A DNA stretch of 64,000 nucleotides from Vulcanimicrobiota bacterium. GTDB taxonomy: Bacteria > Vulcanimicrobiota > Vulcanimicrobiia > Vulcanimicrobiales > Vulcanimicrobiaceae. Each line of letters opens with the position of its first letter. Position 1 is the stretch's first letter. Positions 9,947-18,441 of the stretch are shown here, in pieces. A program made the translations under genes and the position numbers. The notes under the pieces were generated by a model. The model was not told the origin of the DNA. It ran no database searches and saw only the letters and a list, made by a program, of their open reading frames with translations. Location of the stretch: positions 1,152,001 through 1,216,000 of the forward strand of contig OY968762.1 in the NCBI GenBank assembly GCA_963695225.1, given 5' to 3'.

Positions 9947-10498
9947 TCAGCGTGACGACGAGTTTGGACGCGTACGCTGCGCGGCTTGCGCGGGAGGTTC
10001 GCGTTCTTCCATTGCGACGATCTCGAACGTGCGCAACGGGAAGCGCGGATCGAAACGGCGGCGGCTGCAACGCGGGCAGGATGCGGGAGCGGGCGGACGC
10101 CGCTTGCGCAGGAGTTCGAGCGTGCAGCGGTCGCAGCGCAGGATGAAGCGCTTGCTGCTCTCTCTGCGCGGCAACGCGGTCCCGAGATCGTGATAGACGG
10201 AGCGCAGGCCCAGCTCGCGCATCTTCTTCTTGAATGCGGGCGTATGCCCGGGGTTCATTCCGCGCGCGAAAAGCCACGCGTGGATCATCTCGTGGAGCAG
10301 CGTCTCGCGCAGGGCCGCGGGATTGCGCTCGAAGTGCTTCGGCGAGAGCTCGATCAGTGCGGGCTTGTAGGTGATCCGCCCGGCGAGATTCGAGAAGCGC
10401 GCGTTATAGGCGATCCGGTAGGCAGGGATCTCGCCGCCGAAATGCTCGCTGTTGAACTGAGCGAAGAGGAGTTGCAGGTCCGCGATATCAGGGAGCAC
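9947..10498 (-). CDS. SprT-like zinc metalloprotease domain protein
   Basis: TLLHEMIHA, GHTPAF, C-terminal CxxC...CxxC zinc ribbon. Confidence 0.88.
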   Translation of the reverse strand: MLPDIADLQLLFAQFNSEHFGGEIPAYRIAYNARFSNLAGRITYKPALIELSPKHFERNPAALRETLLHEMIHAWLFARGMNPGHTPAFKKKMRELGLRSVYHDLGTALPRRESSKRFILRCDRCTLELLRKRRPPAPASCPRCSRRRFDPRFPLRTFEIVAMEEREPPAQAAQRTRPNSSSR

Positions 10499-10539
10499 CG
10501 TCCAAAGATTTGTATCTCCCGCGCCGAAACCCGCTCGAC

Positions 10540-11394
10540 GTGAGCAAGACACCCTCGCCCGAGCGCGGGCTTCCGCCGAAAGTCTACGTGCCGATCCTCG
10601 TGCTCGGAGGAATCCTCTTCTTCGGGCTCCTCGCGTATTTCATCAAGGTCTCGCTCTCGACGAACGGCTCCGCGCTCGGGCGCGGACCGGCCGAGCAAGG
10701 CGACGCACGGATCCAGGCGACGGCGGCGCCGAACAGCCTGCCCACGGCGGCCACGGCCGAAGACACACCCCTCCCGGAGACGATCCCGCAGAGCGGCGGC
10801 ATCCCGCAGACGGGCGGCCTCCCGCCCGGCGCCCCCCTTCCACCGCTGGCCTCGCAGGCCGACGGCGGCCAACAGGGCTCGCCCGCCGGCGGCGGGCAGC
10901 AGGCGGCGCCGGCCGACGGCGGACAGCAAGCGGATTCCGCGGGCGCGAGCGGCCCGGCCCAGGGCGGCGGCCCGCCCGCTCCGGTCATGAAGCTACTCGC
11001 CTCGCTCAAAGACCGGCTGGCGCAAGACCCGAACGACCTGCAAGCGCTCGTCGGCCTCGCGACGCTCTACTTCGATTCCGGGAAGTTCGAGCAAGCAGTC
11101 CCGTACTATCGTCGCGCGCTCGCGATCGATCCCGATAACCAGGATACGCGGACCGATTACGCGACCGCGCTGCACGCGACCGGGCACGATCTCGAATCGC
11201 TCGCCGAACTCCAGCGCGTCCTCGCGAAGAAGCCGAATTTTCCGCCCGCGCTCTTCAACGAAGGCGTCGTAGCGAGCACGATCGGGCGCCGCTCGCAAGC
11301 GATCGACGCATTCCGCCGCTTCATCGCCGTCTCGCCCAAAGATCCGAAGGCCGAAGAGGCCCGCACGGCGCTCAAGAATCTCGGCGCCGGATGA
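10540..11394 (+). CDS. Membrane-anchored TPR protein with low-complexity linker
   Basis: N-terminal TM, Pro/Gly/Gln-rich linker, TPR helices (LATLYFDSGKFEQAVPYYRRALAIDP). Confidence 0.85.
   Translation: MSKTPSPERGLPPKVYVPILVLGGILFFGLLAYFIKVSLSTNGSALGRGPAEQGDARIQATAAPNSLPTAATAEDTPLPETIPQSGGIPQTGGLPPGAPLPPLASQADGGQQGSPAGGGQQAAPADGGQQADSAGASGPAQGGGPPAPVMKLLASLKDRLAQDPNDLQALVGLATLYFDSGKFEQAVPYYRRALAIDPDNQDTRTDYATALHATGHDLESLAELQRVLAKKPNFPPALFNEGVVASTIGRRSQAIDAFRRFIAVSPKDPKAEEARTALKNLGAG
10858..10929 (+). repeat. In-frame 27-nt-period tandem repeat (A[DG]GGQQ x3)
   Basis: Units start at 10858, 10885 and 10912: gccgacggcggccaacag, gccggcggcgggcagcag, gccgacggcggacagcaa. Confidence 0.75.
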
Positions 11395-12224
11395 ACGTCT
11401 ACATCTCCTGCGACATGGAGGGGACGGCCGCCGTCTGCACGTGGGCCCAAGTCGATCCGGCCAACACGTCGGAGTACCCGTATTATCGCCGCCTCATGTC
11501 GCGCGAGGTGCGCGCCGCAATCGACGGCGCCCGCGAAGCCGGCGCACGCGACATCCTCGTCAACGATTCGCACTGGGCGATGCGCAACGTTCTGTGGGAC
11601 GAACTCCCCGCCGACGTGCGCATGATCTACGGCGGGCGCAAGCCGTTCGCGATGGGGCAAGGCGCGAACGGGAACTTCAAGGCGGCGTTCTTCACCGGCT
11701 ACCACGCGCCGGGCGGAACGAAGGACGGCGTCCTCGATCACACCTACACGGGCGAAACGCTCTACGCGGTCCGCGTCAACGGCACACTTTGCAGCGAGGC
11801 GCTGCTGAACGCGGCGCTCTTGGGGCTGCACGGCGTCCCCGTCACCTTGATCACCGGGGATCGCGCGACGGTCGAACACGTCAGGCACCATCTTCCCTGG
11901 GTCACGGGCGTGATCGTCAAGGACGGCATCGGGCGTTACTCGACGAACTCGCTCTCGCCGGAAGCCGCCCGCGAGCGCATTCGCGCAGGCGCGCGCACGG
12001 CGATCGAGGGGGTCGCCGAAGCGAAGCCGTTCACGTTCGAGCCGCCGATCGCCCTCGAGCTCGATTTCGTCGCGACCCACAACGCCGATCTCGTCGAGTT
12101 GATCCCCGGCTTCGAACGGACCGGCGCGCGCAGCGTCCGCTTCGTCCACGACGATTACGCGACGATCTTCCGGGCTTTCCACGCGGCCTTCCGCCTCGGC
12201 GCCGCGGCCAACAACGAACCTTGA
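11391..12224 (+). CDS. D-aminopeptidase, M55 (DppA) family
   Basis: YISCDMEG, VNDSH, FTGYHA, DHTY, SE and TGD metal-binding motifs. Confidence 0.92.
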   Translation: MNVYISCDMEGTAAVCTWAQVDPANTSEYPYYRRLMSREVRAAIDGAREAGARDILVNDSHWAMRNVLWDELPADVRMIYGGRKPFAMGQGANGNFKAAFFTGYHAPGGTKDGVLDHTYTGETLYAVRVNGTLCSEALLNAALLGLHGVPVTLITGDRATVEHVRHHLPWVTGVIVKDGIGRYSTNSLSPEAARERIRAGARTAIEGVAEAKPFTFEPPIALELDFVATHNADLVELIPGFERTGARSVRFVHDDYATIFRAFHAAFRLGAAANNEP

Positions 12225-12237
12225 CGGAGACCGGCTC

Positions 12238-13029
12238 TTGATCGTAGCCTTTCAGGGCGAACACGGCGCATTCAGCGACGACGTCGCCAACCAGTTTCTC
12301 CCCGGCGCCGAGACGGTCGGGTTCGACACGTTCGACGCGGTCGCCGCGGCCGTCGCGGAGGGGAAGACGGACCTCGCCGTCTTGCCGGTCGAAAACTCGA
12401 TCTCGGGTTCGATCCCGCGCGTCTACGATCTGCTCTGGCTGAACCCGGACCTCGTCGTCATCGACGAAATCGTCTATCGCGTCATCCAGAATCTGATCGC
12501 TGTCCCGGGGACGACGCTCGAGGATATCGCCGAAGTGCGCTCTCATCCGGTCGCGCTCGAGCAATGCCGCGGGTTCCTCAGCCGTCATCCGAATTGGCAT
12601 TCGGTGATCGTCGCCGACACGGCGGGCGCGGTGCGCGCGATGATGGCGGCCCGCAACCCCGCGAGCGCCTCGATCGGCTCCGCGATCGCCGCGCGACGGT
12701 ACGGCGCGGAGATCCTGGCCGAGGGCATCCAGGACATCAGCAACAACTTCACGCGCTTCTTCCTCGTCTCGCGCGGCGGAACGGCGCGGCGCAACCTCGG
12801 CCGCGCGTGCATCACGCTGACGCTCGCGAACCGGCCGGGCTCGCTGCACGATGCGCTCAGGGCGTTCGCGGACGCGAATCTCAACCTGCGCTCGCTCGTC
12901 TCGCGGCCCACGAACGACGATCCGTTCACGTACCGCTTCTATTGCGAAGTCGAGAACGTAACGGGCGAGACGCTCGGCGCCGCACTTGCCCGTATCGACG
13001 GCACTTCCCGGATCCTGGGGATGTACTAG
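12238..13029 (+). CDS. pheA: Prephenate dehydratase with ACT domain
   Basis: AFQGEHGAFS, PVENSISGSI, SHPVALEQC, NFTRF, PGSL, SRP. Confidence 0.92.
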   Translation: MIVAFQGEHGAFSDDVANQFLPGAETVGFDTFDAVAAAVAEGKTDLAVLPVENSISGSIPRVYDLLWLNPDLVVIDEIVYRVIQNLIAVPGTTLEDIAEVRSHPVALEQCRGFLSRHPNWHSVIVADTAGAVRAMMAARNPASASIGSAIAARRYGAEILAEGIQDISNNFTRFFLVSRGGTARRNLGRACITLTLANRPGSLHDALRAFADANLNLRSLVSRPTNDDPFTYRFYCEVENVTGETLGAALARIDGTSRILGMY

Positions 13030-13055
13030 TCGGGCTGAGCCTTATCGCTTGGCCC

Positions 13056-13104
13056 GCGTCTCGGGCGGGGCAGCGTTCCCCCGCGGGGACGCCCGAGACG
13101 CTAC
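13056..13104 (-). repeat. GTAG-led palindromic repeat (REP-like); may also act as terminator
   Basis: Stem GCGTCTCGGGCG/CGCCCGAGACGC. Minus strand begins GTAGCG. 13065-13094 matches 22490-22519 at 26 of 30 positions. Confidence 0.65.
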
Positions 13105-13160
13105 CTACGTAAAGTGCTCAGCCTGCGGGCTCACGATCGCGATCGTCGAGTGGCACGCGC

Positions 13161-13328
13161 TCATCGCGTTCGCCCGAACCAGTCGATCCAGGGATGCCAC
13201 AGCAACGCCGCCCAGACGACGGCCATCACCCATAGCAAGGCCCAGAGCGCATACCCCGCGGCCGCGCCGCGTGCGCGCGAAGTGTGCGGCTTCGGTTCCG
13301 CGGCGCCGTTTGTGCTCTCGACAAGCAA
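13161..13328 (-). CDS. Small single-pass membrane protein (55 aa)
   Basis: GGGAGG RBS 8 nt before TTG 13328; Trp-rich TM YALWALLWVMAVVWAALLW. Confidence 0.55.
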   Translation of the reverse strand: MLVESTNGAAEPKPHTSRARGAAAGYALWALLWVMAVVWAALLWHPWIDWFGRTR

Positions 13329-13428
13329 GCTCTTGTCCTCCCTGTTGCTTCCGACGCCGCCTAGCGGCCGCACGTCCCGCCGCGCTTCGACTGGGGGCGG
13401 CGGGGCGGCTCTCGCGAAGGAGCGACTC

Positions 13429-14379
13429 GTGCAAGATCCGAGAACGGCCCCTCCCCCCGGTCACGCCGAGCCCGGCGCGACCCCGGAACCAGTCGAAGCC
13501 GGCGAGGGCGCGCCGGGCGGCGAGTACATTCCGCCGGGCGCCGAGCATCATCCGGCGTACGAGGGGACCTACATCCCGCCGGAGACTCCGAAGAACTCCG
13601 CTTGGAAGACGGCGGGAGCCGGCGCCGTCGGGATCGGGCTCGTCCTCGCGAAATTCAAAGGCCTGCTGCTCGTGCTGCTCAACCTCAAGTGGTTCGCGCT
13701 CGGAGCGAAGGTCTTCTTATCCTCGCTGGGTTTTCTCGTCTCGATCTGGCTCTACACGCAATTCTGGGGGCTGAAGTTCGCGATCGTTTTCGTGATGTTG
13801 ATATTCATCCACGAGATGGGGCACGCGATCTCGATGCGCGCATTCGGCGTCCCGGCTTCGATGCCGTACTTCATCCCCGGTTTCGGCGCGCTGATCCAGA
13901 TGAAAGGCCGCCCGGCCTCCGTGCTCGAGGAAGCGTACATCGCGCTCGCGGGGCCGCTGCTGGGAACGGTCGGCGCGCTGTTGTGCCTCGGCTACGGGAT
14001 CGCGACGCAGAGCGAGTTCTGGGTCGCGGCGTCCTATACGGGCTTCTTCCTGAACCTGTTCAACATGTTTCCGGTCTACCCGCTCGACGGCGGGCGCGTC
14101 GTCGGCGCGATTTCCCCGCGCTTGTGGGTCGCCGGGCTCGTCGGCCTCGTCGCGCTCGCGATCGCCTTGCACTGGTGGAACCCGCTGCTCTTCATCCTCA
14201 TCGTCATGAGCATCCCGCAGGTCGTGGCGGCTTGGCGCGGTCAGGTCGATCCCGCGTATTTCAAGCTGACCGCGCCGCAGCGCTTCGGCGTTGCTGTGGC
14301 CTACACGGCGCTGATCGGCTTCTTGATCGTCGCGATGATCCTGACGCACGTCCCGGTGCCGACGGCCGTGCCGGCGTAA
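13429..14379 (+). CDS. Site-2 protease family (M50) intramembrane metalloprotease
   Basis: IHEMGH, ALAGP, NLFNMFPVYPLDGG; AAGGAG RBS before GTG 13429. Confidence 0.92.
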   Translation: MQDPRTAPPPGHAEPGATPEPVEAGEGAPGGEYIPPGAEHHPAYEGTYIPPETPKNSAWKTAGAGAVGIGLVLAKFKGLLLVLLNLKWFALGAKVFLSSLGFLVSIWLYTQFWGLKFAIVFVMLIFIHEMGHAISMRAFGVPASMPYFIPGFGALIQMKGRPASVLEEAYIALAGPLLGTVGALLCLGYGIATQSEFWVAASYTGFFLNLFNMFPVYPLDGGRVVGAISPRLWVAGLVGLVALAIALHWWNPLLFILIVMSIPQVVAAWRGQVDPAYFKLTAPQRFGVAVAYTALIGFLIVAMILTHVPVPTAVPA

Positions 14380-14380
14380 C

Positions 14381-15862
14381 GTGCGGCGCGCGCTCCTCGT
14401 GGGTTGCGCCGCGATCGTCGTCGCGGGCGCGTTCTTCTTCGCCCGCCCGCCCGCGGCCGGCGGCCCGGCGCTGCGCGATTTCGAATCGTATTATGCGGCG
14501 GGTTCCGTGTGGCACGGCGGCGGGGACCCGTATGGCCGCGAGATCTGGCGCGCCGAACGCCCGATCCCCGGCGTCGCCGCGACGCGCGAAGAACTGCTGC
14601 CGTTCGTCGGCCCCGCGTTCGCGCTCCCCCTGTGGGCCACGCTCGCGAAACTGCCGTACGCCTGGGCGACCGCCGCATGGAGCGTGGTCCTCGGGCTCGC
14701 GTTGCTGACGATCGCGCTCGGGAGTTTGCGGCTGGCGCGCGGCTCGCCGGACCGGCTCGACGCACTCGCGATCCTGCTCTTTTGCGCGGGATTCGGGCCG
14801 CTCACGAGCGGCATCGGGCTCGGGCAAGTCGCGGTCGTCTCGTGCGCGGCGATCGTCGCGTTCGTCTTCGCGCTCGATGCGCGCTCGAAATTCGGCGGCG
14901 TCGCCGGAGGCATCGCGGCCGCGCTCGCCGCGGCGCTGCAACCGAACCTCGGCCTCGTCCTCGCGGCGCGCCTGCGCGAACGGCGCTCGTGGATCGTCCT
15001 GACCGCGGCGGCGGGGATCGTGCTCGCCGGCTCGCTCGCCGCGCTCGGCGGCCTGCAAGGGCTGCTGCGTTACTTCGCGTTGCTGCGCGAACACGGCGAG
15101 GCGGAACGCTTCATCGCCATTCAAACGACGGTCGCCGCGGTCGCACACGCGCTAGGTCTCTCAGAAGGGAGCGCGCAAGCGCTGGCCGCGTGCGTCGCGC
15201 TCGGCGCGCTCGGCGTCTCGATCGCGTTCTTTCGCGCGCAGCGTTACGACGCGGCGGCGAAGGTCGCGATCGCGTGCGCGCTCGCGCCGCTCGTCCTCCC
15301 CTTCTCCCACGAACACGATTTCACGATCGCGTTCTTCCCCGCGCTCCTCGTCTTGCGGCGCGCTAACGGCCCCCTACGCCGGCTTGCTGCGGTCGGGTTC
15401 ATGCTGCTCGCCGTCGATTGGCTCGGCCTCGCGCAGCGCCCCGAATCCCTCCGGTACGCGACGCTGCTCACGCTCGGCGCGAGTCTCGCGCTCGTCGCGC
15501 TGAGCGCGAAGCGCCCGGCCCTCGCCGACGCGTGGCCGCTCGTCTTTGCACCGCTGGCCTTCATCACCGGACGCATCGCCTCGCTGGATCCGTTGCCGGT
15601 CTGGCCGAACGCGCTCGGCCCTGCGTTCGCGCCCGCGCCGGGCCTCGGCGCGACGCAGGTGTGGGAGTTGGAGCAATTCCTGTGCGGAATCAGCGCTCAA
15701 GATTGGACGTGGGGCGCGCTCCGCGCCCTCTCGCTCCTCGGCGCGACGCTCGTGTGGGGAGTTGCGCTCGTAGCGCTCGCGCGCTCGCCGGTCCGCGTCA
15801 TCCGCGAGGGGTTCGCCCCGCTCGGCGCCCCCGTACCTGACCGGCACTCGCGGTTCTCGTAA
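14381..15862 (+). CDS. GT-C fold (family 87/DUF2029-like) membrane glycosyltransferase
   Basis: N-terminal DFESYYAAG...GGDPY, PFVGP, LGQ motif, HEHD, many TM segments. Confidence 0.7.
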   Translation: MRRALLVGCAAIVVAGAFFFARPPAAGGPALRDFESYYAAGSVWHGGGDPYGREIWRAERPIPGVAATREELLPFVGPAFALPLWATLAKLPYAWATAAWSVVLGLALLTIALGSLRLARGSPDRLDALAILLFCAGFGPLTSGIGLGQVAVVSCAAIVAFVFALDARSKFGGVAGGIAAALAAALQPNLGLVLAARLRERRSWIVLTAAAGIVLAGSLAALGGLQGLLRYFALLREHGEAERFIAIQTTVAAVAHALGLSEGSAQALAACVALGALGVSIAFFRAQRYDAAAKVAIACALAPLVLPFSHEHDFTIAFFPALLVLRRANGPLRRLAAVGFMLLAVDWLGLAQRPESLRYATLLTLGASLALVALSAKRPALADAWPLVFAPLAFITGRIASLDPLPVWPNALGPAFAPAPGLGATQVWELEQFLCGISAQDWTWGALRALSLLGATLVWGVALVALARSPVRVIREGFAPLGAPVPDRHSRFS

Positions 15863-15882
15863 CCGCGAGTACCGACATGCAC

Positions 15883-18174
15883 TCAAGGGGCCCGGTACGC
15901 GGTTGCGCGCGCGCGAGACGCCGGCGTCGCGGAATCCGGCGCCGCGACGGGTGCGCCGATGGTTCCGGTGAGCGAAGCGGTCGCCGGCCATTCTCCTAAT
16001 CCGAATTGCCTTGTGAACGCTCCCGGCGCCGACGATACGGTGATCGCATACGTCGATGGATCCATTGTGAACTGCACGACCCCGGGGTCCGCGTTCGTCG
16101 CCGAAACCCCGATGCCGCCTTCCACGGGGAAGGTATCGAAGCCGGCGCAGAGGTTGCTGCTTTCGGGCGTGGCATTGCACGAACCGACCGACGCCGACGT
16201 GTACTCGAAGAGCGGGCAGAACACGTTGCCCGCACCGCTTGTGGGTCCCGGCTCTCCGTCGTTGCACGGTGCCGGCTGATCGGCCGCCGGGCCGACGTTG
16301 AACGTCCCGGAGCCCCGGCTTAGCGGTAACGCGCCGATCGTCATCGGCTCTACCGCACTCAGCGCGAAAACTGCGATCGGCACCGGACTTCCGGACGACG
16401 CGGTGAAGCGACCGTCGAGCGACGTGATCGTCGCCGTCGAATTCCCTTCCACTTGCGGGAAGTACAGATTCTGCGGCTCGGGCGACGCGTCGATCGCCGG
16501 AACCACGGGATGGACGTCGGAACGGAACGTCAGAGCGAAGACGAGGCCGAAGCCGCCCGTCCCGCTTCCGGGGTTTCCGTTCAGCCTAGTGAGCGTCTCG
16601 CTTTCGGAGTAGGTGAGCGTCCCTTGCCATTGCGTCAGCGGCTCGATGTTGCTCCCGACGCCGTTCGCATCGAAAACCTGAACCAGGCCCTTCGAAAACT
16701 GCCCGGAAGCCGGCAAGCTCACGGTGATCTCGCTCGACGTCCACGTAACGGGAGTCAGCGTCTCGGCACTCCCTGCGTCGACGATGACGACGGTCCCGGC
16801 GGCCGGGGGGAACCGGCCGGAGATCGCGAGCGTACCGCTCGTCGGCCCTTCGGAGGTCATCGCCATCGACTCGATCGAGGGTAACGCGTACTCGACCGGC
16901 GGGTCCTCGACGCTCGCGAGCCGGCTCTCGAGCCACACGCTCCTCAGGGACGCCGCGTACGTTACAGAGGACGTCCCAAACGGTCCCGACCGATTTTCCG
17001 TCGCCATGATCGCGGCGATGTCGTCGAACGGGAACGGTCGCTGCGGCGGCTTTCGTTGCGCCGCGAACTGATCGAGGCCGGTCTTGCTCGGGCTTTGCTC
17101 GCCGAGCATCCGGTCGAAGATGAAGGCTTCCGTCTGGTCGGCGTCTTGGGAATCGACCGAGCCTGTCCAGCCGGTATAGCGGCCGACGCCCGCCGCCTGC
17201 AGCGTGCTCGAAACGCCCGCTGCAATCGCCGGATTCTGCCCGTTGCACGACTGGTTATCGACGATGGCGCCGGAGTTGAATCCCAGATGAGCCGTAAGGA
17301 ACGCCGGAGTGAACGCCCACTTCGGCAACTGGCCTGCCTCGCTGCTGCCCACTAAATTCCACGCAACGAAGATGTTCTTTGCCTGGTAGTCGTCATAGTA
17401 CTTCAGCATCGTCGTTGAATTAAACGGCGTCGTCGACAATAGGGCATAGTATGGGTTCGATGACTGCCGCCCATACACCATACCGTGCGTCGCGATCGAG
17501 AGAAAATCGATCTGATGGCCGTTCAGCGCTAGGACGCTGTCCAGCGACATATCGAGTACATCGACGTTGTACTCCGCACCGCTCGCGCTCCCGACGCTTC
17601 GGAACGCCGCCCCGAACGCCCGTTGCCGCTGCGGTGCGAAGGCGCAAATGTCGGAACCATTCACCAGGAGCGCCACCTCGTGTGCCGTCGGAGCGCTTAC
17701 CGAGCTGCTCGGCGAAGGCGTCTCGGTCGCGCAAGGGTATAAGGCCGCGATTCTCCGCGAAGCCGCCGACGTGCTATAGCCCAGAGTTTCGGGATGATCG
17801 GCAAAGACGAGCGTCGCCGTTCCGTCCGCCGCGACGGCCGTGATCCCGCCGTCGGTCACCGTCGCGCTCGTGAACGCCTTCGAGGAGACCATCTGCGCGG
17901 CGAGCGCGCCCAAATCGGTCTGCAGATTTTGGTGCGGGAGCGTCGCGAAATAGGTCTGCGCGCTCTGCAGGCCGGCGGTCACCGCCGCGACGTTCGGCGT
18001 TGCGCCGGGCACGGGCGTCGAACCGGCGGTCGCAACCGGCGTCGGCTTAAGGCCGGGGGGCGTAACCGTCGAACCTCCGCCTCCGCAGCCCGCCAGCGCC
18101 GCGAGCGCCGCCGCTACGAACAGCACAGGCACTCGCGTGCAGCGAGCGGGCGCGCGAAGGGGGCGAACGTTCAT
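15883..18174 (-). CDS. Large lipoprotein with putative clan-CD-like peptidase domain and IPT/TIG-like domain
   Basis: Lipobox LAGC, Pro/Thr linker, IATHG...DNQSC, Ig-like WTSSEITVSLP segment. Confidence 0.7.
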   Translation of the reverse strand: MNVRPLRAPARCTRVPVLFVAAALAALAGCGGGGSTVTPPGLKPTPVATAGSTPVPGATPNVAAVTAGLQSAQTYFATLPHQNLQTDLGALAAQMVSSKAFTSATVTDGGITAVAADGTATLVFADHPETLGYSTSAASRRIAALYPCATETPSPSSSVSAPTAHEVALLVNGSDICAFAPQRQRAFGAAFRSVGSASGAEYNVDVLDMSLDSVLALNGHQIDFLSIATHGMVYGRQSSNPYYALLSTTPFNSTTMLKYYDDYQAKNIFVAWNLVGSSEAGQLPKWAFTPAFLTAHLGFNSGAIVDNQSCNGQNPAIAAGVSSTLQAAGVGRYTGWTGSVDSQDADQTEAFIFDRMLGEQSPSKTGLDQFAAQRKPPQRPFPFDDIAAIMATENRSGPFGTSSVTYAASLRSVWLESRLASVEDPPVEYALPSIESMAMTSEGPTSGTLAISGRFPPAAGTVVIVDAGSAETLTPVTWTSSEITVSLPASGQFSKGLVQVFDANGVGSNIEPLTQWQGTLTYSESETLTRLNGNPGSGTGGFGLVFALTFRSDVHPVVPAIDASPEPQNLYFPQVEGNSTATITSLDGRFTASSGSPVPIAVFALSAVEPMTIGALPLSRGSGTFNVGPAADQPAPCNDGEPGPTSGAGNVFCPLFEYTSASVGSCNATPESSNLCAGFDTFPVEGGIGVSATNADPGVVQFTMDPSTYAITVSSAPGAFTRQFGLGEWPATASLTGTIGAPVAAPDSATPASRARATAYRAP

Positions 18175-18441
18175 GAGGGCTCCTCGAATTCGGTACTCGA
18201 GTAGCGAATACGAGCGAAGCCCGGCATTTCGATTGTCCTGACCATGCTGCGTCTACGATTCGCGCTCGTCCGGCCGCAAAAAAGAACCCCTGCGGCGTAA
18301 AAGGCCGGCCGGACTTTCTCTATTATTGGCTACGAAATCGCACTTTGGATATGAACCAACAGTCCCTATCTATCTGCGCTAAACACGCTTCTTGTAGGCA
18401 CTCTGAACGCTCTGATTTAGGCGCAACTATGATTTGCGCCG

